DNA of 64,000 nucleotides from Mustelus asterias (GCF_964213995.1 NC_135827.1:21080001-21144000), one strand, 5' to 3'. Positions 48,223-62,208 are shown, counted from the stretch's first letter. Notes: a model not told the origin generated them from the sequence alone. Numbers and translations are program-made.

Positions 48223-50377
48223 CCACTTTCCCTTGTTCCCTTTCCATTGCACAGTGTTCAGCACAATGCTCCAATAATGCAATAGACCCTGTCAACCTCA
48301 AAGCACCTCTGGATTGGGTCGACAAGAGGAAAGTAGCATTCATGTCACTAAAAGCACGCCAGACAATGACCATTTTGAAACGCCCTTCAATTTTTATGAT
48401 ATTAGTACCAAATCTATTGTGGGTGTCATTAATCCAGGCTCCCAGCGAGCAGCTATTGAAATAACAACAAGGCAGAAACTGGATATTCTTATCAACCTGA
48501 CCTCTCCAATGTTCTCAACTATCTTGAGGCAGGAGTGTGATGGAACATTTACCACTCACCTGAAGAAGTGTCAGCTGGAGCTCAGCGATAGCTTTCTTGC
48601 CTCTGAGTCAGAAGGTTGTTAAACTCCCACTGTGAAGCAGGAGATCCAAGAGGACACACCAGTGCAGTATAGTGGGAGGGTTATACTGTCATTGTTTTCC
48701 AGATGGTGCATTACACTGAGATTCCTTTTGCTCGTAAAAGTAAAACTTATTAATCTATCAAGCAGCATCATTAATACGGGTTATTTGGTCATTCCCACAT
48801 TGCTGTTTGTGCATCCACATTTTCTACATTATAACAGTGGCCAGACTTTTTCAGCATTTTGCTTTAAAGAGCTTTGGGAAATCTTGAGATTGTGAAAGGC
48901 ATTATTTTAATATGTCTTTTCTTTTGCAGACTCAACAGCACTCAGGAGGTTTGATACCATTATACAAAGCAGTTGGTATTCGTTATTAAGCCCAGGTTTA
49001 AATCCTGTCCTACCTCTGTACTGTGGCTTAAGTAAGTAAGATATGGAGTTTATCACAGCGACTCATTTTCCTGTGTTCTCTAACAGAAAAGAGTGTAGGA
49101 ATAGTAATGTGGGACACCAGGTTCCTCTCCAAACCAATGACTGTTGTGCATTGCTATTCCTTCACTGTTGTGGTGTCACTATCCTGAATGCCCTACCTAG
49201 CCGCATTGTGGCTGCCTTGTCACATCAGGGACTGGAATTATTGAAGAAGAAGCCTCACTGCCACCTTCTCAGGAAATGGGGAATGAATGCGGCCTCAGCA
49301 CTGCCTAAGAATGTTCCTCTGAATTCAAAGTAATTTCATTCAAATAACTCAACCAGGCAAACGTTAGCACAAAAGGCCCATTTCACTGTTTTCTTGGACA
49401 ATTCATTGTCGACTGCAGAAATGACTTTGAATTTTCAGGAGTGACGCTTCAACAATCATAAGGGATTCCATTCTCTCTATCACCCAGAAACCATTGTGCA
49501 GACCAGGTAGCAGGAGGACTTCAATCTCTCCATCAACGATTAATACTGTCGATGTGGTGAAATTCAGTTCCTGGTTTATACATGATAGTGTTGTTGTCGT
49601 ATTTGTTGATAGTTCTATTTGTTGATAGTTCTATTTTCGATATTGGGAATTTCTAAATTAATTGTATTTATATTCAAAAGAGCTGACAGTTCTGGGTTAA
49701 AAGCCTATAAGAATAAATAGGTATGCAGGTTCTTTTCTTACTCAGGCTGTAAAGTTAACCACTGTATTGAAGGAAAAAAAATAAAACTTCTCACACAAAA
49801 TATTGAGGGATAATTATAAACGTTGAAGGTGTTGAAACTCTCCTGCATTTTCACCCCTCACTTCTCTCCAAGTTGGTATCTAATTTAGTCCCGCTTCTAT
49901 TTTGATGCCAGCACGTTCTTTGGCCAACACAATTTTCTGTTTTCATGAGAATTACTGCCACAGCTAATAGAAGACTGAACTGCTCTTGGCACTGGGGAGA
50001 GATGGGTCTAATGCAATGCTGATTCTTCTTTGCAGATTAGACTCTCAAAACACGAGTTGTCAGGAGATATTGGTCCAGATCCTTTGGCTTCCAGATCAAC
50101 AGTGATCAGAGAAACCCCAGGAGAGACGTATTGGGAAGTTTGGAATGCACCAGCTCCAGGGGACTTGCCCAGGTGATTGGAACTTCTGATGGGCAATTTT
50201 CATACTCCCTGGAACACTGAAAAAGTTTCCAACTCTCCGTTGCTTAAACCTGGACAGTTCTGACTTACTTGAAAAAACCGTGACTCCAGCCTGACCACCC
50301 CCTGACTCATGACTACATTGTCTGATCTCCCAACTACCCTCTTAACCTGCCAAATCCCCCTGATTCCCCATCTCCAT

Positions 50378-50665
50378 TGGTTAGCACTGCTGCCTCACAG
50401 TGCCAGGGACCCGGGTTCAATTCCATCCTCGGTTCACTGTGCGGAGTTTGCACATTCTCCCCATATCTGCAAAGGGGCCCTCCGGGTGCTCCGGTTTCCT
50501 CCCACAGTCCAAAGATGTGCAGGCCACGCTAAATTGACACTGGTGTCAGGGAATTAGCAGGGTAAATATGTGGAGTTACAGGAATGGGGCCTGGGTGGGA
50601 TTGTGGTCGGTGCAGCCTCGATGGGCTGAATGGCTGCCTTCTGTACTGTAGGGATTCTATGATTC
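50378..50665 (+). mobile_element. HE1-type V-SINE (degenerate)
   Basis: Head, V-domain and tail. Confidence 0.75.
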
Positions 50666-50855
50666 TACCCCACCTTCCAAAATATACCCCTGATCTCCCC
50701 CCCCGACCCCCACAACTTCCCGGACCCAATCTGTCTAGCCCTTGACAGCCCCCAAATGCAACCCACCAACTTACTTACCCACTCACCCACCTGCCACCCT
50801 ACCACCCCACCCACCTATTACACAAACCAGCTGGCATCCAAATCACCTGCCACCT

Positions 50856-51800
50856 GTAACGATCCCAGTTATAACTGGATGGGAAGATCCCAGAATGGAA
50901 CCCTAACTCAGGCTGTAACATTTATGTTTCTTTTAGAAAAGGTGGAGGAACAGAATCACATGATCACAAATTCGAATTAACAACAAGAAAAAAAAACATT
51001 TATTAAACATGATGCATTGGATTATGATACAATACTCCTTTACAGTACCCTCCCACCTCCCAGTGTCACAGATATATACAAATTTTAAGATTAACATAGA
51101 TTACAAAGCACATCTTAAGCTATAATGGACTCAGTAACACAAAGTCCCTTTGAACATACATTGGCTGTGTCAAAGTACAAAGCACACACTCCATTCTGAA
51201 CCCAAGTTAGTATGTGTGGATTCCTTCACTGAGAGCCCAGTAGCCCAGTATCAGGCTCAGCCAGTGGAAATACTAAAATTATCATTGCCCCAGTGAGTTT
51301 TCCTGACGTCACTTTCAGCAACATCTCCTGGAATAAGACCAGCCAGAGTTGGCAACCCTAAGATAAGTTCAATAGGGGCCCATACAAAGGCCTCAGGAAT
51401 CCTGGAAATAAAGTTAGTTGATCCCACATCGGCCCCTAAGGGGAAAAGAAAATAAACTGCTGCCATCATCCAAAGGAATCCCACGTTGGACACTGAGGAG
51501 TCATTTCATCTGTGTAGGTGCTCCTGCTGTACATTGAACATTGCTGGAGGTAGGCAGAGAGGGGGCTGGTGAGAACTTTGCTGGCATGGAAAGAAGGGAA
51601 CATTGCTGGGAGCTGGGTGGAGTGGGGAGTGTGAACATTTTTGAGTGCTGGACAGAGAGTGAACATTGCTGGGGACTGGGTGGGGAGGTGAACATTGCTG
51701 GGGTTGCTCTGGTCGCCCTTGTGCTTGGACATCCCAGGTAATTTATTTGCTGCCAGGTAGGTTTCACACCTGCTCTGGAAAGTTGTCAGCAATTTTCTGT
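50856..51800. mobile_element. Possible LTR-element remnant with ~30-bp tandem repeats (gaacattgctgg...) at 51535-51710
   Basis: TGTAACGA start, minus-strand AATAAA, imperfect tandem units; no coding motif recognised. Confidence 0.3.
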
Positions 51801-52644
51801 AAAAACTAGGGTGAGTGTAGCAGAAACAGCCCAGATCGCTGTGGTTTGAATAATCTGATCCCACTGTCATCAGAACCATGGAACATTCCCGATAATACAT
51901 TCATTAACAAAACAGCTATTTGTTAGAAACATGTTACAAGAAATCAAACATATGTACCCTTCAGAAGATAACTAAACAAATCACGTTTGCAATGATTTTT
52001 ATACCTTTTTTTCCCCCAAGGTAAGTCGGATGTCCGATCCAAATCCACCTTTAACTACAATTGTCCAACGAGGCATCTAATTCTTTATTCAGCCAAGGAC
52101 ATTGGAGGCTCCTTCACAATGACCATGTGTTTAAATTTCTTCAGTAATTTCATCACTCCTCGTTGATGTTGCTGGTGCCTTCAAAAGCTTTACCGATAAA
52201 TGGAACAGTAGCTCTCTTTCCTGTTCACATGCACAATCCACTAGGAAATAATTCAAGTCACTTCAGTTATTGGCTTCTTTCAAACTGTTGCTTGGAAAAT
52301 TAAATACAGAGTTTATCTGATAAAGCACAGGTCTCCTAGTTCCTCGGCATTTCAGAAGGAGGCAAACTCTGACATTGTCCATCAGCATCGCTTCTGTCAA
52401 TATCTCTGTTAGCACTGATGAAAATAAATCCCAAAATGCGATGCTCTCCCCACCACCTCAGGTAATTTGTAAATCAAATTTTGATTAGTACCATTAAGTT
52501 CGTCAAAAATACTAGAGCTTCTGATATGTCATTTCACTGTCTTTTGAGTGGAATCACACTTGCATCTTTCCCAATATGATTAATGAATTTATATCTCATT
52601 TAGTAATAGACATAGAAACTTTACTGTCGAAATTCAATTATGAA

Positions 52645-52960
52645 TCATAGAATCCTACAGTGCAGAAGGAGGCCATTCGACCCATCGAGTCTGCACTGAC
52701 CACAATCCCACCCAGGCCCTATCCCCATAACCCCAAGCATTTACCCTAGCTAGTCTCCCTGACACTAAGGGGCAATTTAGCGTGGCCAATCCATTTAAGC
52801 CGCACATCTTTGGACTGTGGGAGGAAACCGGAAGATACAGACACAGACACGGGGAGAACGTGCAAACCCCACACAGACAGTGAGACCCAAGCTGGGAATC
52901 GAACCCGGGTCCCTGGTGCTGTGAGGCAGCAGTGCTAACCACTGTGCCACCGTGCCACCC
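52645..52960 (-). mobile_element. HE1-type V-SINE
   Basis: Full motifs. Confidence 0.8.
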
Positions 52961-53347
52961 CTCATATGTCTCTGGTATCCTTTTTCTGCTGTTTCAGTTT
53001 TTATTGTGAGACAATTTCAGAAAGAAGAACAAAATAGTCACCATTCCCCCAGTTAATTTTATTTCTTTGAACCTGATCTTTCTCCCATCTATTGAATGGT
53101 AATCTGAAAACAATCGGCATGTGTACATTAATACACACACATCTCAGCAATTTAATGGAAAGTTATATCAGAAGAAGTGAAGACTGATTTAGTTGAGAGC
53201 AATTCATAAGGCGAGGTATATTTCTAAAAGACTATAATGATTACATTAGATGTGAAAGCTGAATTATTTTACCTTTATTGATTTGAAAGAAAACATCAAT
53301 GCTATCATGTTTCTTGGTGATTTAAGCTTTACATCGTTACCTGGTTT

Positions 53348-53442
53348 TCAGCAGTTAACCAAACAACTCAGCGTGATTAGAATCAGAATGATCACAGCAA
53401 CTGCAACGAACCGCATAATCAAAATCCCATACCATGTGTGAC
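53348..53442 (-). CDS. IgSF receptor copy B, exon 5: Arg-containing TM exon ending in a stop (GHTWYGILIMRFVAVAVIILILITLSCLVNC*); predicted protein 368 aa
   Basis: Acceptor cttcttacag|GT, phase 1; hydrophobic helix with a single Arg; TGA at 53350-53348; donor CAG|gtaacg at 53341 makes a 102-nt exon, the same length as the copy A TM exon. Confidence 0.8.
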
Positions 53443-53568
53443 CTGTAAGAAGTTTGTGAAGGATCAGTGTAGCATTTTTAAACAAGGCAAATAGTAGGTC
53501 CTAAAGATTTCATCTACTTTATTGCATGGTCAATCAAAAATGTTCGAATTGGAGACCAGAAACACAAT

Positions 53569-53924
53569 GGCCAGGATTCTCCCCCCCCCCCAAAGAAATT
53601 CTAAGTGCCGAATTTGAGTGAACAAGGGAATAACCAGCTGTTTTTTTCAGTGGGATTTTCAAAAAGAATCTCCCACATTCTGAGCACTGCAGAGTTCCCT
53701 AGTGAGATTCACGTTGAAAATCCAGCAGCGGGGTCTATTCCCACCAGAGAGGCCGGCAGCATAGCGCTGAGCGGGCCACTGCACATGTCTGCGCCGTAAT
53801 CAGCGCAAGTGCAGCAGCCCCGCACTGCCGGCCTCCCGATCGCTGGCCAGCTACATTGTTGGCCAGGCTGGCAACCCCCCATCGCTGGCCGCGGGACCCC
53901 ACCCCCCGTCTCCCCCCTCTCAGG
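53569..53924. mobile_element. Truncated GC-rich MITE-like element at the copy B breakpoint
   Basis: Begins ggccaggattctccc, like other local GG-terminal MITEs; ends abruptly at the duplicated intron patch. Confidence 0.45.
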
Positions 53925-54476
53925 CCTAAGTCCTATGTTTCTCTGTCCTATGTTCTTATGAAATTGAGGTTACATAGGCATGGCACAGGTACCTAAATTC
54001 TGGCTGTAAACAGAGAATATGGAAGAGATTTTACGTAAAAAACATATGAATATAATTAACGCAAACAGAGATAGAATAGTTAACAAGAACCTGCTCCTAC
54101 ATAGCACATTTCTGAAAGGAAAACACCCCAAAATGATTCTTAACAGTGAAATCAAAAATAAACTGTGTAGAGAGACGGTGATTATTATTCTGCTGGAATA
54201 AGAATATAAGAAGAATGTCTTATAAAAAATAATGTCAATCGTGGACAAATGTGTGTTAACCCATAAGTGGTTAAACATGACCATGTCTTGGGGATGGGAT
54301 GTATTATTTTCTATACAAGTCCAGTTTAAAGTAGAATAAATATTACAAGCCTACACATTCTGAGCCCAAGAAAGAAGATACTTTACAGTTCATCTGTGCT
54401 CCCAATTTTCTGAAAGTATTATTCCCTGTAACAAACACTGCAATCTTCACACATGTATTATAACAAGCATGTTTAC

Positions 54477-54791
54477 CTTTCACACCTACTATACGAACAC
54501 TTGCGTTTCTCCAGCCATAGCTATTGTTCGCCACACACCAGTACACTCCTCCATGTATAGACTGGAAATGTATCTTTACATTTGAACAATTCAATCCAGA
54601 TTCAAGTCGTGAGATTTCAGTGTAGTTTTCACTGTCCTTCATCCAGATCACAGTGGAAATCGGGTTACTATCCACACAACATTTCAGTTCCAGGACCGAG
54701 TCCATTGGGACAGTGATGGAGCTATTGGTCTGATGACGATAATTGTCACTGCTGGCCAACCTATACATTATAGTGGGATCTTGTGGTCCAT
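54477..54791 (-). CDS. IgSF receptor copy B, exon 4: C2/I-set domain
   Basis: Intact splice sites, 315 nt; 4 aa differences (G>D, F>V, N>H, D>H). Confidence 0.92.
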
Positions 54792-55997
54792 CTAACAGTA
54801 AAGATAATGTACACTTAATTTTATGTAAAAAACATATGAATATAATGCATACAGAGATAGAATTAGTTAACAAGAACCTGCTCCTACATAGCACATTTCT
54901 GATAGGAAAACACCCCAAAATGATTCTTCACAGTGAAATCAAAAATAAACTGTGTAGAGAGACGGTGATTATTATTCTGCTGGAAGAGTTCACAAAGTCA
55001 GAGGAGGAAGAGTAAACAGGACAGGAGGCAGATTGTCAGTATTAGCCCTCATTAGGTGCATTGGGGTGGAAGATAGAAAAGAGAACAGCATGCAACAGTT
55101 GGGTTTGTTGTTCATACAGAGGCAGTGATTATTGAAAGGCAAGGAGGGAAGCTATGGATTTGTCCAAGAAGGAGTGAAGCCTGAGAGAACACCAGGAGAG
55201 TAAGAAAATAGAGGAATAGTGAAAGGTTAGTGTAAGGCTATGCCCAAGAAGAGAGAAATTAAAGGAGGTATGACGGAATAACAGGAAGGGTGAGAAAAAG
55301 GGCCCAATAGAGAGAGAAAAGAGAAAGAAAAAGGGTGATAAAAATAATGGGACCAGGTCTGGAACAGCAAACAAAATGGACACAGGGGAATCCCATTCCT
55401 GGGGTGAAGGGTTTATCCTATGAAGAAATACTGCTCAGTTTGGAGTTATACCCATTGGAGTTGAACTTATTAAAGCATTTAAGATTTTGAGGGCACTTTA
55501 TTGAGTCGATGGAGGGAGAATGTTTCCTCTTGCGGGGGAAACTGAAATTGGAGACATAGTTTAAGAAAAAGAGGTCTATCTTTTCAGACAAAGTTGAGAT
55601 TTTTTTTCCTCAGAGAGTTGTTAATCTGTGGAATTCTCTTCATCAGCATGGAGTGAAGGCTGAGTGTTTAAACTGATTCAAGTCTAAGTTGAATAGATTT
55701 TTGACAGACAAGAGAGCCAAAATTTACATGGGGCAGACAGGAAAGTGGAGTTGTGACCTCAATCAGATCAGCCGTGATTATATTGGAATGATGGAGCGAG
55801 TTCAAAGGCCAAATGGTCTACACCTGGACCTAAGTCCTATGTTTCTCTGTCCTATGTTCCTATGAAATTGAGGTTACATAGGCATGGCACAGATACCTAC
55901 ATTCTAGCTGTAAACAGAGAATAATCAGAGGGGGTCCAAAGTTGAAATAAAAATTAGCATTACAGAGTACTCAAAATGTAAAAAAATCCATACTCAC

Positions 55998-56300
55998 ACA
56001 TAATGTGAAGTTTGATCTCATTTGTCAGTGGCTGGCTGAAAGTCACATGGTTTATCTGACATGTGCAGACAGTTCCATGGTCAGTCAGTTTTGGGGTGAT
56101 TTCAAGCTGGCTGGAGGCAACAGGTGTACCACTCACTATTGCTCTTGAGGTCTGTGTAGTGATGTTTTTTATGATGTTTTCGCCATGACATGTCCAGATA
56201 AAGGTAATGTTCTCAAAGTACAACCCCTTGGCAGAGCAGGTCAAGTTTGACTTGTGTCCAATAACCAAAGCACCATCCCCAGTGGAGATTTCAGGGGGTC
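55998..56300 (-). CDS. IgSF receptor copy B, exon 3: C1-like domain
   Basis: Intact splice sites, 303 nt; 2 aa differences (N>S removing an NGT sequon, V>L). Confidence 0.92.
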
Positions 56301-59300
56301 CTGAGAGAGAAAGGAAAAGAAAAGGTAGAGTCACGTTACTAGTTAAGTAACCTTCCCTTTAGATTAAACAAATCAAGGAACAAAATACATTCAAGAAATA
56401 CACTCATGTCACTCTAAATCACTGTTCAATCAGGATTATATATTGTAATTTTTAAGTAGTAATTATCTGATCACAGTAACTGACACACCACAGTCCTATG
56501 TTTTACCTTACCTACTGGGTAACATTAATGGCACACTAAGACAACTTAATGGTAGCAGAAACTTGCCTTATACGAGTATATTTTGATTAATGTATATTGG
56601 GATTCTTCTCTGTGATTAAAACCAAGTTATTATCAGGTACTTTCAATAGCTTTGTCACCTTTTGTTATATTACTTTATGCTTACACTGAGAACAGTTATT
56701 TTGTGCGCATTTCCCATATGTGACCTTCTATATGTTCTGCTGCAGTGACATCAACAATGGACACATGGACAGGAATTCCCAAAGTCTTCGGCAAAAGATA
56801 GAGTCTAATACAACAGGAAGCTTATTGGAAAACTTCAGTATGGTCTGACAGCATCTGTGGAGAGAGAATAAAGCCAATGTTTCAAGTCCGGGTGACCTTT
56901 CAGTCATCCAGGTGAGGCGGTGGCGTAGTGGTATTGTCGCTAGACTAGTAATCCAGAGACCCAGGATAATTCTCTGGAGACCTGAGTTCGGATCCCACCG
57001 AATCTGAAATGGTGAAATTTGAATTTAAAAAGAATCTGGAATTAAAAAATCTGATGATGACCATGAAACAATTGTTGTAAAAACCCATCTAGTTCACTAA
57101 TGTCCTTTAGGGAAGGAAATCTGCTGTCTTTACCCAATCTGGCCTACATGTGACTCCAGATCCTCAATTCCAACCCTTAGGGTGCTTCAGGTACAAAGTC
57201 AGATTACGGAGTGTCAGTAGGCCTGACACTCCTCAATATATATAGGTGAGACTCCCTGATGGAGCAGGCAATCATTACCTTAATCAGGGAATATTGTGCT
57301 CAAAGACAAAGTTTATTTATTAGTGTCATAAGTAGGCTTACATTCACACTGCAGTGAAATTACTGTGAAAATCCCCGAGTCGCCACATTCTGGTACCTGT
57401 TCAGGCATACTAAGGGAGAATTTAGCATGGCCAATTCACCTAATCCGCATATCTTTTCGAGTGTGGGAGGAAACAGGGGCACCTGGAGGAATCCCACGCA
57501 GACACGGGGAAAATGTGCAAACTCCACACGGGCAGTGACCCAAGCCGGGAATTGAATCTGGGTCCTTGGTGCTGTGGGGCAGCAGTGCTAACCACTGTGC
57601 CACCATGCCACCTTTTTTTGCTCATACTCCAAGAGGCCAACCTCATGCACCTCGTTGAGGTCATTACAGTAGGTTTATGCTTTTTTTCCCCCTCGGTATT
57701 TCACATGCCACAATTGTTGGTTGAAATATTATGGGCCCAGTGCCAAAAAGTTTTCATTCATTGAATGCAATCGGTAAAACAGCATTTATATAGCAAAACC
57801 ACCCACACATTTCACAGAGCACCATTGAACAATGTTTAACACTGATTCATATAAGGATATACTAGGACATTGATCAAAAGCTTCACAATAGAGACATTTT
57901 TAAGAATGGTTTTAAAGGAACCTATCACATATTTGTCCACATTCATTGTAGTTTGTCAATTAAATGTATTGGCTTTGATTAAAACTTTGAGCCAAAACAT
58001 TAACTGCACTCTTTGCTTTAGAGATGCTAACTTACCTGCTGTGTATTCACAACATTTTCAAGCTCTTACTGGATTATTGATTTTATATTGCTGCTCATAC
58101 ATGTAACAATGATGAACAGCATTAGGTATTTCGAACATTCATTGGAACTTGAGGACAAAGTCGGAAATGCTAACTGAGCATGCGGATAAGGGTAAACAGT
58201 ATCTCGTGTGAATTCCAATATGCATTATACAAGAGCCGTCACAATAGACGCAGGATTTTGATGCTACAAATGTAGACAATGTAACCAATTTTAAAAATTG
58301 TAAATTCTCAGAGTTAATGATCAGCAGAAAATGTTGCTTAATCCAAATAAGTATGGAAACTTTACCCTAAACCATGATGGAGATCTTTGAATAATTACAA
58401 ATGGCATCAACAAAACCATTTTGGAAAAACTGCACTAACTTATTGCCAGTGTGCTTAAAGTTAATAATTTTCTCTGAGAACTGAGTTTTATATCTGTATA
58501 TGTGACACAATAAAGCATGTTATTGCATTAGTTATTCCTTTGTGCATCACTCCTGCTGTAACAGTATCAGCATTTGAAGATGTTATTGGACATTGTGGGC
58601 AGGTTGTGAATCCTGACATGACCTTTTTGCCTCAAGCTGTAGGCTTTCCATGGCAAATCTCTATTTGCTTTCTGAAATCCCCTGTTTGATATTTCCTGAC
58701 AAATGGCAATGTATCACACACTTGTGCAATTTCATCATAATTGATTATATGTCATAGTTTTGATTAAAGTTTTGAACCAAAGCATTAAAGGGGGGAAGGG
58801 GGATGTAAGATGATTTGTCAGAGAGTCAGTGCAGACTCAATGGGCCGAATGGCCTCATTCTGCACTCTGGGGATTCTACGGTAACTCTTCCCTTCAGAGA
58901 TGCTGACTGACCCGCTGTGTATTTCTAACATTTTCAAACCTTTATTGGATTATTGATTTTATATTACTGGTCATATATTGAAGTGGAATAATTTGATATT
59001 GAAATTCATGTTAAGATGTGCATTTACAACTTCAATATGTAGTTTGAATATTAATAGTTTTAAAATCAGCTGTGGGAGCCTTTGTGGCATGATGGGAAAG
59101 GTAGCCAAAACAATAAAGAGACAGTAAAGCTGACAGGGAACTATCCCTGCTGTGAGACAGGAATATCACACAATGGAGAAAAGGGACCATCTGTATCAGC
59201 TCTGTGACCAATCTGTTGCTGTACGGGGAAGCACAGTGGCTCAGTGGTTAGCACTGCTGCCTCACAGCGGCAGGGACCCGGGTTCAATTCCAGCCTCGGG

Positions 59301-60585
59301 TGACTGTCCGTGTGGAGTCTGTACATTCTGCCTGTATCTGTGTGGGCTTCCATTGGGTGTTCTGGTTTCCTCCCACAGTCCAAGAACAAAGTCTTGAAAA
59401 GCGAACCGAGAATGTCATGAACTTGGTGAATTTTACCATTCCACCCGCAGTGGGAATCATAGCGGATGAAGGAAAGGTTCATTGAACTCAGGCAGGATTT
59501 TCCGGTTTCAGGGTGAGTGAGGCTGGAAAATCCCACCCAAACATGTTTTAACAAATCCAGTGAATCTTAAAAAGAGTAATGTTTGAACGATTGTATAACT
59601 AGCTAATATGAAACAGAGGGATAATCATAGAATCCCAACAGTGCAGAAGGAGACCATTTGGCCCATTGAGTCTGCAACAACTACAATCCTACCCAGGCCC
59701 TATTCCCGTAACCCCACGTATTTACCCTGCCAATCCCCCGATACAAAGGGTCAACTTAACATGGCCAATCAACCTAACCTGCACATCTTTGGACTGTGGG
59801 AGGAAACCAGAGCACCCGGAAGAAACCCACGCAGACATGGGGAGAACGCGCAGACTCTGTTCAGACAGTGAACCAAGCTGGGAATCAAACCCAGGTCCCT
59901 GGCGCTGTGAGGCAGCAGTGAAAACCACTGTGCCACCGTGCCGCCCTTGTGGTATGAATGTAATAAATAATGAAATTGGAAGGGATTCACCTTAGTGATG
60001 GCCTTTTCACCTCCTCAGACCCTACAGTAACAAGTGATCACAAACCAGGTTTAGAGAACATCATTCTGAACACCAGCACTCATTTACTTGTACTCTTCTG
60101 GGTAGCAACACAATTTGCTTAAGTAACCTGGTGCAACATTGTGTGTGTCTGTTAATAATTATTGATTGTATGAATGGTTTGGTGAACATGTTGTATCTAT
60201 AGGGCGGCATGGTGGCACAGTGGTTAGCACAGCTGCCTAACAGCACCAGGGACCTGGACTCAATTCCTGGCTTGGGTCACTGTCTGTGTGGAGTTTGCAC
60301 ATTCTCCCCGTGTCTGCGTGGGTTTCCTCCTGGTGCTCTGGTTTCCTCCCACAGTCCAAAGATGTGGGGGTTAGATGGATTGCCCCTTAGTGTCAGGGGG
60401 ACGAGCTGGGGTAAATGCATAAGGTTATGGGGATAGGGCCTGGGTGGGATCGTGCAGACTCAATGGGCCAAATGGCCTCCTTCTCCACTGTAGGATTCTA
60501 TAATCTATAATTTATACAGACTATACAGTGAATCTTTAAAGTTGCAAAGTCTTCTTACTTATTACATGATATGCAAACACTTTAC

Positions 60586-60930
60586 CATAACTCTGTATCC
60601 GTGTTCCTGGTCCACTTCTCTCGATTGGTGGGTAAAGCGGAATCTTCACCACACAGAGATAATTATAATCAGACTGATCAGAAGAAACATTTTCAAGCTT
60701 CAGTGATGAAACACAGTGATTCAAATGACCCAGAGTAACGTCAGGAATGCAGGTCGGTTTATTGCTGCTATAGGAATAGTTGGAAGCCCTTCGAGAGTTT
60801 CTGTGCCAGTTTGCATGTATCCATTGGCGAGAAGTCCCATTATAAATAAATGTACAGGTTATTGTGACTGGCTGTCCTCTCAGGACACTGACCAGACTTG
60901 GCTGAGTCACCTCCCCAATGTTCAACACAC
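60586..60930 (-). CDS. IgSF receptor copy B, exon 2: VJ-type V domain
   Basis: Intact splice sites, 345 nt; 3 aa differences from copy A (I>N, Y>H, T>S). Confidence 0.92.
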
Positions 60931-61446
60931 CTGATGGAATAAAAAGCTTTGTCATTTTCATTTTAAGTTGAGTTGGTCCTGATTTTCAATATAAACTGTT
61001 TACATCAAAAACTCAATTGAAATAGCATGGAACATGAAAGATCCTGATGGCACAGTGGTTAGCACTGCTGCCTCACAGCGCCAGGGACCTGGGTTTGATT
61101 CCCGGCTTGGGTCACTGTCTGTGTGGAGTTTGCAGGTCCTCCCCGTGTCTGCATGGGATTCCTCCGGGAGCTCTGGTTTCCTCCCACAGACTAAAGATGT
61201 GCAGGTTCAGTCGATTAGCCATGCTAAATTGCCCCTTAGTGTCCTGGGGTGTGTAGGTTAGAGGGATTAGTGGGGTAAATATGTGGGATTACAGGAATAG
61301 GGCCTGGGTGGGATTGTTGTCGGTGCAAACTTGATGGGCTGAATGGCCTCCTTCTGCATTGTAGGGATTCTATTTATCTTTCTAAGCCTGAGTTCTAAAC
61401 GAAGTGAGTATTTGAGACCTGATATTCTACATTAATATTTTCTTAC

Positions 61447-61528
61447 GGTGCTGAATCTATTGTGACTGCCTGTCATCTCAAGACATTGACCAGACTTGGC
61501 TAAAACATCTCCCCAATGATTGCGATAC
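61447..61528 (-). pseudogene. Degenerate partial duplicate of the V exon 5' end (copy B intron 1)
   Basis: Same sequence as 36532-36613. Confidence 0.75.
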
Positions 61529-62208
61529 CTGATGGAATATAAAGCTTTGTCATCTTCATTTTGAAGTTACTTCCTCATGATTTTCAACAGAAATGGGGAA
61601 TATTAAAATCTCAATTTAAACAGTGTCGAGTTGCGATATCCTTCCAATTGGATCTAATGTAAAAAAAAGATTTTCTCAGACTTAATTCTAAACTATGCAA
61701 CGCTTTGGGACCAGCTGCTCTGCACTAATATTTTCTTCCATTTTAAATTTGTTTTACTTTGTAAAACTAGACAGATGTCACCACAAATAATCTATAGATT
61801 TCTGATGTTACCATAAGAATCTATAGACTTTAGCTTCCAATTCTGTGAAATGGCTGCTATCAGTGTGAACACTGAGCAATGAATGACACACTTTTACCAA
61901 AGATCTACACAACTTTAAACAATACAACCCTAATCAGGGTGAGAATTGGCAATCGGTCTACAAAGCATCAACTCAACTGAAATACAAATTATACAGCAGG
62001 AGATTTAACCCAGCCACTGTGATGAGGGCCTTTGAATAGTGATCTTAACCGAATCATTCAAGTTCAGTCTCACTTGCAATCTCTCTCTTCAGTACAACAT
62101 ACTATAAAAATACTGAAATATTCTTTAAAAAATGAATCAATTGCCTCTAACACCATACCCCAGCACTCCGACAATGTACACGTCTCCTGAGCAGAGAAAG
62201 TATCTTAC

